The notes beneath the pieces are model-generated. The model had not been told where the DNA came from. It was given only the letters and a program-made list of their open reading frames with translations, and searched no databases. Shown here one piece after another: positions 49,813-61,100 of a stretch of DNA of 64,000 nt. The first letter of the stretch is position 1. Every line of letters starts with the position of its first letter. This DNA comes from Takakia lepidozioides. Its lineage: Eukaryota; Plantae; Bryophyta. The translations under genes and the position numbers were made by a program. The stretch lies in assembly GCA_030704615.1 (NCBI GenBank), contig CM060732.1:80538001-80602000 (forward strand), in the 5' to 3' direction.

Positions 49813-50179
49813 CGCCGCTCTGCCTTCCTTGCCATTGTCATCTTCTCCACCCACTTCTCACACATTGTGTACTTGCCTCCGCATTCCAGGCCCTGACAGC
49901 CAGTAAGACCTCGTAGAGCAGCAAGTACAGTGCTCTCACACATAGACGGATCTAACAAGAATGGGTGTATAGATCTCTATCTCTCGTTTCCAAACACGGA
50001 CCACAACTGGAAGTATACTCGTCTATAGCGGAAGAGACGATACAGAGAGCTGCACAGGCTTGTGTATCATAGTTCGTCACTCTTTCTTGGTGCTGTAGCT
50101 GGGAACACCTTGTGTCGACAGCTAGCTTATCTGGTCTGCTAGATTCACAGGCGCCCCAGAGCGCCCGGCGCCCCACAAG

Positions 50180-51427
50180 ATGACTCCCATGGAGTTGGAC
50201 GTGTGTGTCCCTCCGTTGTTTGCATGCCCCGTTTCGTTGGATCTTATGAGAGATCCTGTCACGTTGTGCACAGGCATGACATATGACCGTGCTAGCATCG
50301 AGCAATGGCTGGAAGAGGGCCACAACACATGCCCCGCAACCAATCAGTTGCTGTCTACCCAAGAGCTTATTCCCAATCACACTCTTCGGAGGCTCATCCA
50401 GGAGTGGTGTGTAGCGAATAGTGCGCATGGCATAGAGAGGATTGCGACACCCAGGCAGCCAGCCGAGCCACTGCAGGTTAAACGTTTGCTACACAGTATC
50501 GAACACGGGTTTTTGCAATTTGAGTCATTGAGGAAGCTGCGAGACTTAGCTAAGGAAAGCGAGAAGAACAGGATGTGCGTATCGGAGGCCGGAGGAGTGC
50601 CTGTACTAGCGGATTCCCTTGGAAATCTCGGCATGGATCTGCAAACTGATCGAGGCGATCAACATGTGATCGAGGCGTGTGAGGATGCTCTGGGCACCAT
50701 TGTTCTTCTGACCTTGAGTGATGTTGAGAAGAGGGCACTTGCGTGCCAGAAACCACTGGCCTGTCTCTTCCGGCTCCTTTCTTCAGGAAGTTTAGATGCC
50801 AAAGTGAATGCTGCCGAAGTGTTACATAGCATCGCTGGAGTGGACAGCAGTTTGAAAGTGACTGTGGGATCCACACCTGATGTCATCCAAGGGCTCGTGC
50901 GCCTTCTTAACGAGGATTTGTATCCCAAAGGTGTGCATGCTAGTCTAAACTGTCTGTTATCTCTTTGCTCTCCGAAGAGGAACCGTTTGTTTGCTATTGA
51001 AGCAGGTGCCATTGGTGCATTGATAGAGCTGCTTCCGAACGCTGAAAGAGGCAACACTGAGCGCACCCTGGCACTGTTGGAAGTTCTCGCAAGCTGTGCG
51101 GAAGGTCGAGAAGCAATAGCGAAACATGCTCTAGCGATTCCTATGATTGTAAAGTTTATCCGTGTCGGAGTTTCAGCCATTGCCATAGAGCACGCAATGG
51201 TGGCATTGTGGGCTGTTCTCTCATTCTCCTCAAACAGAGGCGTTTTGCACGCGGCACTACAGGCAGGGGCTTTTGCTAAGGTTATTTTGGTGGTACAGAG
51301 TGGTTACAGTCAACGTTCCAAGCAAAAAGCTGGAGAGATTTTGAAGCTGTTCAATGAGGTTTGGAGAGAATCTTCTTGCCGTCCACATCGCACTGAAAGT
51401 CTCACATGGCTGGTTGCTCCTGTCTGA
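50180..51427 (+). CDS. Plant U-box/ARM-repeat E3 ubiquitin ligase (CMPG1/PUB20-26-like class)
   Basis: U-box VPPLFACPVSLDLMRDPVTLCTGMTYDRASIEQWLEEGHNTCPAT...LIPNHTLRRLIQEWC, then ERIATPRQP and ARM repeats. Intronless, 415 aa. Confidence 0.96.
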   Translation: MTPMELDVCVPPLFACPVSLDLMRDPVTLCTGMTYDRASIEQWLEEGHNTCPATNQLLSTQELIPNHTLRRLIQEWCVANSAHGIERIATPRQPAEPLQVKRLLHSIEHGFLQFESLRKLRDLAKESEKNRMCVSEAGGVPVLADSLGNLGMDLQTDRGDQHVIEACEDALGTIVLLTLSDVEKRALACQKPLACLFRLLSSGSLDAKVNAAEVLHSIAGVDSSLKVTVGSTPDVIQGLVRLLNEDLYPKGVHASLNCLLSLCSPKRNRLFAIEAGAIGALIELLPNAERGNTERTLALLEVLASCAEGREAIAKHALAIPMIVKFIRVGVSAIAIEHAMVALWAVLSFSSNRGVLHAALQAGAFAKVILVVQSGYSQRSKQKAGEILKLFNEVWRESSCRPHRTESLTWLVAPV

Positions 51428-54400
51428 GTTTACCCGGAGACATACAGGTCTACACCTGCAGCTGATGAGCAGCATGAAATTTCCCGTGGGTTGGTTCTCC
51501 GGGATCCACACTGGGGGAACCACCGGAACTACATGCTTCAACCGTGACGTCATTCCTCTGTGCACGTTGCTTCGTTGGCCAAGAGGTTGTTGTAAACTCT
51601 GGACGACGATTGTCAAAAGACGATGTCGTCGCTAGTGCGAACGTGATTTCCGAAGACATGTAATGCTAGTGCACTTATAGAGTGCATATGCCAATTGGTT
51701 CTTCACATGTATAGATTCTTTTGGGGTGCATTGAGCCCCCTACGGAACCTGTAGAGACCTGTTAACAATGGAAAACTGCCGCTGAAGAACAGGCTGCCAA
51801 CAGTTTGTGTCTACTTGTATTCTCTCTAGAAATAGAAAATTAGATCTTGGAAGAATACGGGTAGACAACAATACTTAGGCCTGACCAACTGGATTAGAAC
51901 TGTATCATATGGCCGAAATCCACTTCGACAGAGATCACTTGAAACATCTTTGTACCATAATACGAATATTCAGAGCCGTGGAGGCAGTTTGAGGCATATC
52001 GCTCGAAGACCACTATTTTCATGAATGCGTTGTGTTGTGAGTACAGCAGTCTAGCAAATTTTCCAGTGCACTTCTCATTGCGCGCTAAATTGTGAACAGG
52101 TCGTAGAAACTGGTATGTGAGTTTTCAATCTCGAGCTATGAACACAAACTTTGCTTTCGTGTGATTACGACAATTGCACCACACGGTTGAACCAACTTTC
52201 TCAGGTTCCTGTACGGCCGTCAACTCTTCGAAGGTCTAGCCGTTAAATGATATCCATGGTGATTTCCTTGCAAACTCAACCGACTGCTCCATGGATGGGC
52301 AATTCTTCTTTCCTTTTTTCTTCCTCGTTGGACGTCCTCTTTCCCTTTCTTTCTCAAGTGTCGTTCTGTTTTAATAGCTCGGCGACTTTTCATGTTTTGA
52401 AGTGTCATTCTTTCTTGCTTCCTCTGCGCCACATCCGCCCCACCCAAAAAGCCCAACTCGCCTAAATCCGTCTTCTCTTTCAGTAGCTATATCATTCTAT
52501 CTGAGCTCTGAGCAAATTTAGCACCGCTTGGTCAGCAACCGGAAATGAGGAGATTCTTGCGTTTCTAATATCGATCTCATTATAAGCTGAACCCATCAAA
52601 CCAACAAGAGCTATGATTTGCAAGCCGATGATCAAGTGTATGATCAGACAAGCCGCTATCTCACTCATTCGTAGATGTAAGATCGAATCGAGTGTAAGAA
52701 ATAGAAGATCAAATTAACTCTTTTGCCATCATATTTCTTCAGACTCGATAGATAATATTGCATTTCACAACCGTTCTTCGTATGGCGTCATAATGTGCTT
52801 CGTAGTTCGTATCATCTTTATGATTCAGCATGTTAATCAATCATGAATTCTTAACTAGTGCTTCTTAATCGCAGCACTCCTGAATGCTAACTAACCCTCC
52901 TCTAAATGCCTCGTCAATTCCACCACCATGCTCGGCAAATTTAGACTGTGGGCCAGAGACCAGTTGACTCTCCAAGACCATATGTTATCAATAGCTGAAA
53001 TAAATCCGAGCACCTGAATGTGGACCTTGTTTGACTTTGGTCTCTTTAAATATGCCCACATGTGTAAAGTAGTGTTAATAGGGTACTTGTCAGTGAGAAG
53101 TTTAAAATAATCCTGGATGTTCAAACTAGGGGGAGAGGAAATACAGTAAGGAGAATCCCCTATTCCTAGTTAGGAAGAGATGAAGAGATGGATGGCAATT
53201 GGCGTTTCGGATCTGGTGGTCTGGTGCTTGGCCTAGGTTATCAGTTATCAGGCACTCGACTAACCCCATCTATGACCTTCTGCTACTTCTTCAAGCAAAA
53301 CTGTGAACGAGCTCCCTCTTTTGGACCAAAGAATCCTGAACCCATATCGGTATATCATGACATTACCTACTCGCCTGCAAAGACGTAACTCCCATTTCAG
53401 TCTGAACTCTACACATCAACAGTGGACTGTGGGGGGAACATCATGTCAATCGCCAGGCTATTGCAATCATGCGTAAGAAGAATTGCAGAGAAGTTGTCCG
53501 ATACATATAACTTCGAAACTTTTTGAGAGAGCATATTAGCAGACTGTGTATGTTGTCGTCTACGTATAAAGGAGCTTTACGGAGGTCCATTTTATTACGA
53601 ATGTGCATAATGATTGAGGGACTAGGCTGCAGAAAAGTTGAAAACTACCTATTGTGTCGACCCAGCTCTGTGACAGAATCCGCTCATTAGAAAATGGATA
53701 GAAATATGTTTTTTAAACAGTGCTGAAAACTTTTTCTAATGGAGCCGAACGTTGAGATCGCCTGGTGGCAACGTGCAGGGACAGGTGAGCTTTAAGGTGA
53801 TGGATACCCACCATTTACATTCACACGGACTCAGTAGCTGACCTTGCACCAACCCCTGCAGGCCGGCACATTGAAAAGAGTGCGTTCCATCAATGCTTTG
53901 TGCGGTGTAATGTTTCGAGCTTGCCTCGGTGGTGGTGCTGGCCTCAAGTAATGCTGGCATTCAATGCCAATGCTAATTGTGGTCCATGTTTCCCCAGTTG
54001 AAAGTACTCGGCTCACTTCACACTCGCATTATGAGCCACTGTGCCACAGGTGCCCAGGATGTATTCTATATTACTATATACTCTCACAGTACCTAGTGTC
54101 ATCTCTCACTTGACAATTGTGCCTCCCAGGACTTTGTCACATCCCTGATGTCACAAGGTGTTTATGGCTGCTTTCCACATTTATGGGTGACTCTTTATAG
54201 AATCAGCCATCGCTGCCGTTGCCGGCATAGGTAAGTATTCTCATGTCGTATCGACTTTTTGATAATTCTTCCTCATCAATTCCGAGCTCGCAGATTTGCG
54301 GAACCACCGTCTTCATATGATTCAATGAGTGTCTTTGTTGGGTGTGAGCGGCCACTGGATCATCAATGACCGAGCCAACTCTGAAGGAGCAGCATTGAAG

Positions 54401-55562
54401 AAGCCATGTTGGTTTATCCTGAAGCGGAGATGAGCACATGGTTGGGTCATTTGAGCCCTAAGTTTAAGCCTCGCCATAACTTCGGCATTAATCTAATCAA
54501 TGTCTTGACCTTTGATGTTTGACTAAAACCTTGTCTTGATCTTGGGTACTGCCCTAATCACTGTTTTATTGAAGTGATGACATCACTCATAGCCCGGCCA
54601 CACAGGGTGGGGGCCCTTGGGTGGACGCACAGTTGTTGAACGTAGTTTAGGCCTGATAAACTTTTACCACCCTTTATATTTTCATCCTCCTCTACAGTTA
54701 CCTTTTTGCCCTCTTACGCGGCGACCTTTTTCATATTTATGAACTTTATCATCCAAACCACCATACTCTCCAAAAAGCACTGGAGTATTGCCATTTGAAC
54801 ACCAAGTGCCATGAAAATCAGTGGAGCGGTCTACTACTAAGCCAACCATATACATTGTGGCCAGTTTGGGAAGGTCAGGGAACCCGACACTTTCAGAAGA
54901 GCCAATCTGTGGGCTGCACGTCTATATAGAGTAGTTCTTACATATATATATATGTATAGAGGAAATTGGGCTGCATAGTTGGCTCCACATCCTCCCACCC
55001 ATTTGGAATGGGGCAATGTCGTGGTGGGTGGGATCTGGCTCCTCGCTTAAAAACTGCCTCCCATCAATATGGCGACAGGTGCCTCCCTCTTCGTGGCCCT
55101 CTGGAAAAGGATGGTCCCATCAAATCAATTTTTGGTGAAATTTTTGAAGTTTTTAACCTCATTTTGCTTAGCCCCTATCGCCAGGATCCGGACCTGAGCG
55201 AGGTCGAAATCGGGTGATTATTCGCCACTAAAAGAATGGCTGCCGCGACGTTGCTAAACGGCGTCTGTGTTGCGGCCACACATGTTGCCGTCCCACAATG
55301 CATTGAACAGGTGGCAAGCCATGAGTGATTGAGATGGTGTGTAATCCAACGGCCCACAATATTTCGCTATCCCACTCGTGCATAGTTACACGGTTGTGTA
55401 GGAAAGCTTCTGAAGTGCCCCGGGCTTTTGGCAAATTGTTGTCGTGCTTTATGAATATCCATTTTGTTGGGGTCACATATATTTGTTCCCACATACACAT
55501 CATCTCTTTGAACGTTATGATGGTGTAGATTGGTATAGTGTTCCTCTCTATGTCTTTGAACA

Positions 55563-55940
55563 ATGAACCCTATAGAATTTTTAATGTTGTCGCCCCTTTT
55601 TGAAACAGATGCAGATTCTGTTTTGCATATTTTGCTGTTGTTATGTACGGTAGTGGTGAGTGATTATGTGCAGAAGAGACATAGGCGAGAGTGGTGGAAA
55701 TTTCCCCGTTCTAATCACAATTGGAGAACAATTTTAAATGATGTTTGGCATTTTAGTCCTCAGATTAGAGATGCCATGTGGTTGGAAACATACAGGATGC
55801 AATACGCAACATTTGGAAGGCTATGCAATTTTTATTGACACATTTCATTCAGAGGCAAACAACAAATTGGAGAAAGCCAATCGAAATTGATAGAGCAGTT
55901 GTTATGGTTTGCTGGCATTTGGGTACTCTAATCCGTTGGT
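55563..55940 (+). pseudogene. PIF/Harbinger transposase N-terminal fragment
   Basis: REWWKFPRSNHNW...WLETYRMQYATFGRLC then (frameshift) FIQRQTTNWRKPIEIDRAVVMVCWHLG, the HARBI1-like N-terminal pattern. Truncated before the DDE core. Confidence 0.7.
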
Positions 55941-57074
55941 GGTTTTTCTCAAAAATTATTTGGTGACATGGTACGAGCTTCCCGGAGCGTACATTAAGCA
56001 GCTTAACGTAGTCCTCTTTGCGTTGGAGAATTGGATTCGCGGACGCGGGGGCGGCAGTCTAGGGACGCTTTGCAACAGTGCGCGCCGAGGCCCCGCGTTA
56101 TGGGAGCTACATTCCACGGACGTGTATGGCTTGTGTGGCCCTAGCATCAATGATAGACTAGACCTAGCCTGGTCAATTGTTACACTTGAGGGCAAGAAAA
56201 CGTAATAAATATATGAGGTTAACACCAATGAAGTTTGCATTTTTTAAGTATGGTCATGTTTCACTGTTAACTCACTGTTTTTTTTTTTTTTTTTTAAGGG
56301 AGGGAGGCAGTGTTTTTCTGAAAAGAAAGTCCAGTTCTGGTTATTTGAAATTGGTTATTTTATCATTTACTAGAAAAATAAGAATATATTATACACATTA
56401 ATAATATAGACCATGTAAGTAACCCTATTGATGCAACAACACCCTATGTCCGCTTATGAGTTGTATTTCTGTTTCCAAACCTATTATCCTTATAACCATG
56501 GGTTGAACTCACATGCACCTCTTTTTCCTACTCACGCCTAAAATGCACACACAATACCAATCCTCCGACCTCCCAGCCATAGCCCCTCAGCACTAGGCAC
56601 AAACTCAATTTTAATTAATTCCGGACTTTTGGCTTAAATCCGGACAAATTTTAATTTTATTATATTTTTAATAAAATCAAATATTAATAATATTACAAAG
56701 TAATTAATCAATTTACTTGGGAAAGTTGCATGACTCAATTAATTAAATGTCGACATCCAAGCCGAGTGACGAGTCCTTCCTTTCCTCCAAAAAAACCGAC
56801 CCCGGTTTCAGGTGGTATCGAACGCACAGATATTTCTCCATCACACGGCAGATGTCCCCTCTGCACGGAAATGAAGCTCTATGCTCGTGAGGAGGGCAGT
56901 ACACTGTAGCGCTCGGGTTTTCCGCCATGGGAGATGTGCACACAAGACTGCCAGGATTGGATAATAAAATGACGGATATAACATATAACCTTGAATGAAA
57001 TATCTGGGTAACAATAGAGAATTTTCCATCTTAGGGCTCCATAATAATACATAATAAACATCCGAACAATTTTA

Positions 57075-57905
57075 TCATAACTAGAGCTGGAATATTTTTT
57101 TGTAAATGAGCTTCAAACATTATAATGAGGTTTTTGGGATAAAGCTGGGTTTAGGGAAAGCAAAAGTATCAATGACAAACAAATAACAATGATGTTTAAG
57201 ACCAGGTCCTATAAAAACTTTCATATCCCAACCATTTTATCGTACTCCAATGCTGGAATTTCTTTTTTTGAATGAGCTTCAAACATAGATATGAGGTTTT
57301 AGGGTATAGGGTTTAGGATAAACAATCAAAGACAAAAAAGTAATATGTAAGAATGTATAGAATCTATAAAAACTTTCAGTCAAATATCCCAACTAATTTA
57401 TTGTACCCCAAAGCTGGAATTTATTTTTTATAATGAGCTTCGTACATGGATATGAGGTAAAATAGGGTATAGGGTTTAGGATAAGCTCAAACATCAATGA
57501 CAAAAAAAATGCGAGAGTGCTTAAGACCTATACAAATTTTCAATCAAATCTCCCAACCACTCTAGTATTGTATCCCAAAGCTAAAAACTAAAAGCTAAAA
57601 ATCCAAAGCTATAATTTGTTTTTTTTCAAACATGGATATGAGGTCTTAGGGTATAGGTTTAAAAGAAGCGAAAGTAGCAATGCCAAACAAATTTGTAATA
57701 GAAGATGATGTTTAGCACCTATAAAATTTCAATCAAATATCTCAACCACTTTATTATACTCCAAAGTTGAAAAAAATATTCATTTCAATGAACCTCAAAT
57801 ATTTGAATGAGGTTCTAGGGTATAGGGTTTGGGATAAGCCAAAGTTCTATCAGGTACAAAAAATTATGGAAGAGTCTTTAGAACCTATAAAAATTTACAA
57901 GTCAA
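57075..57905. repeat. Degenerate AT-rich tandem repeat, about 160-185 bp unit, about 5 copies
   Basis: Recurrent GCTGGAAT...AATGAGCTTCAAACAT..ATATGAGGT..TAGGGTATAGGGTTTAGG...CCTATAAAAA..TCCCAAC. Confidence 0.85.
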
Positions 57906-58182
57906 TATTACAAGCACTCTATTCTCCAAATTAAGATTAGGTGTAAGAGATATTTTAATTCATCAATCAAAGTCATCGAGGTTTGAATCATTTACATGAA
58001 AATATAAAGTTGGGGAAGTCAAAATTAATACCCTAGCTTTCGTTATCCGGTTGTAGATTTGATGCTTCCAGATTTTCTCTAGCTTTGTCCGCCTCTCGAA
58101 CACTTATTTTTTTTGTACTTGCTTTTGTCGTTTTTTCCCTTGTTGGCATTGTTTAAACTACAGTATCGATATCAATCCATTG

Positions 58183-61100
58183 CACTACAGGAAAAGGGGG
58201 GCCTTTGCGACGCCCGCGCCATGCCGCATCATCGGGAAAACGCCCTTTTCGAGCACGCGGGAGGCGCAGAATTTGCGACGCCCGGCCGTTGCCCTGCAAT
58301 CGCAAGGGCGTCGCCAAAATGACGTCGTAAAAGTGCGACCTATGGGGGTCGCGAGCCCCCGCCCCAACTCCCGCGACTGTCGGACGTCGGTTTTTCAGGC
58401 CGTCCGCGCCGATGGCATGAGCCTCTTCCAGCGACGTCTCGCCGTTGCTGCCCTCCAGCCGACGGCGTTGGTGGGAGGCGCCGGCGCGGCGTCGCATCCC
58501 TTTTTTTTTTCTAACCTGCCTGGGAGTCAGCCGGGTGGTACGCCATGCGACGCCCGTGCGTCGCTACCGATGACTATTGGGCGTGGCACAAAACAGCTGG
58601 AGTCGGTCTCCGCCACGCCCGGGTGTGGGTTGTTGCGACGCTCCGGCGTCGCATTTTTTTTTTTTTAATTTAAAAAAAAAATGGCGCAGGCAGGGTGGCG
58701 GTCTCCGCGACGCCAGGGCATCGCAGGTTGCGACCCCCGGACTAAAAAACACGTCGCAGGGGGTGTCGGGCGTTGCTGCCTGCAAATGGGGTTTGCGACG
58801 CCTGACCGTCGCTTCTTGCAACCCCCGCCCAAAAAACATGTCGCCTTTGGCGACGTGCTGCAGTCGCGAGGGCAGCCTGGTGGGGGGGGGGGTTGTGGGT
58901 TCATTTTGGGGGTGAATTGGGGGTGGTTTTTTGTTTTTTTCCTGGTTTTGTATTTGGGGATGGGAGAACTTACAGTTCCATTTCTCTAAGTTAGCAGGTA
59001 CACAATTGAGCAAGCATGAATCGAGGGTGAGGACGGTGCGACACATGAATAAGATGGAAGATGGAAAGATGGAAATATATTTACAAGACGTGAGCTAACC
59101 TAGGCCTTCAAGAGCACACCCTCCTATAGAAGTTTTATGCGTCGTCCGGGATATTTAGCTCTCAACAACTCCAACCCACTTGGAGGGGGTCTGAAGCACA
59201 AAAGACCGTTGACGCTTAATATGACAAACATTCGTTTTTTCTTACCTGAGATGATTTGGGTGTTTACGCTCTTAGAGGCGGTCACCTAGAAATAAAAATG
59301 AAATATCATTAGTACTGCCAAAGAACAGAACATAAAATAAAAATTCACAAAAGAAAGATCACTTCGGACCATATATCGAAGTGCATTGGGTATCTTTAAG
59401 AGAGAGGCCCCATTGGCTAGTAACATAGTTCATCTTCTGGCAACAACATCAAAGGACATAACCAGTGCAACGCCGAAAAGAAAAGAACTCATATTCTTCA
59501 ACAAAACATATAAAGATAACAAGAAATGAGAATAATGCGAAAATATTTGATACCATTTTAGGCCAATCGCTTAAAGACTTCTTTTTTAGGCTTTGTGAGT
59601 CTTTTTGAGTCTTTTTGCATATTGGGAGATGCAATGAGGACGACAAATCAGCTTCTCGACCTCCATCAGCGATCAAACACTTCAATTTTGATCTTGGGGA
59701 AAAATGCCATTTATCTTGAGAAATATCCGTTTTCTCACTGCATTCGATGACTCGGATCCTGTCGATCTACGAATCGAATTGGAGAATCTTTGAATGGAGA
59801 TTCCACCAGTATTTTTTGTTGCGGACCTCACTTTGCATGGTATTTTCTCAGATTGAGATGATGTTGTAACAAAAGAGCTTTCCTTATGTAGATCTAAAGT
59901 TATCCCTCTGAGACCACAAAACAATCAGACGAATGCTCGGACATGCTCGGCTCAACTGAAACATATACAAGGTCATGCTCACAAAATGAAGTTTTAATAT
60001 ATTTACCAAAAACATAATGAACAAACATAAAATCACATTATGTATGTTATAATAGTAACTTACCTTCGCTTCTTGTACTCTCGGCTATGAGAGATCCATA
60101 AACTTCCCTTGCATTTATCCATTCTAAAATACTACATTTTGGACGTGCAGCAATTGGTTCCGAAAGATCCGTGAGTTGTTCCTGCCTTGCCAAGAAGTGT
60201 GGATTGATCCACTCCAAAATACTACGTTTTGGACTCGCAGCTATCGGTAAATTCAGATTATGCATCTCCACAAGGCAATTCAGATTGGGGTGGAATAATC
60301 TCCATTATAAGTCGTCTTCGTGCACATGGATCCATTCTTGTATGTCCCGATATCTGAAAGAACAAAAATAAATATACATTCTTAACCATGACATCCAACC
60401 AATTCATATGAATGGGGATCATGGATAAAACAAAATTCCAAATATACCTTTCTCTCCGAGATCCGTGGTTGATTGTAAGAAGCAGATATAACATCGGTAT
60501 CTTGAATTGAGCCAATCATTGACAATTGCGGAAAACCGGTGCTACAGTTCAGGTCCATCTGTATAGCTTCCAAGTTAGCTGATTCCAGTAGCGGAGCAAT
60601 CTGTGAAAATGCATGAACACTTAATGTCAAAGGAAAAAAAACACAAATATATATGGGATACTTTGCACCTCATGCCAAAGTGAAATGAAGTGAAGTGAAG
60701 ATAATGATCGAGATGAGGTATGCATACAAATCATTGAATCACATTCGTAATTTTGATAGGTTGATTGCAAAAAAATGGGAATGAATGTCAGGAATGAACA
60801 TACAATATCGAAAACTTGGTGTAACTGACTAGGTGAAATATGAGGACGGCGGTCAAAATTTACAAGTCAGCTGGTTCTTTTCTTAGAGAAGATAATATGG
60901 GCATTGCTATATGTACTTAAGGTCTTGTCATGCTTTGTGGAACAAGTCCCTACTAATGGTACATTGATTGAGAAGTAAGGACTTCGAAACAGAGGCCGAA
61001 GTGACCTCAAGTATAATAAAAAGAGAAATGTTTGGAGAGTGGTTGGGCTTAATACCTCCATGCCCACTACAGTAGCCATTTCATGCGGAAGTATATGAGC

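Noticed and set aside
58113-59046. GC-rich ORFs at the CACTA end
   Set aside because: They are translations of GCGACG subterminal repeats.
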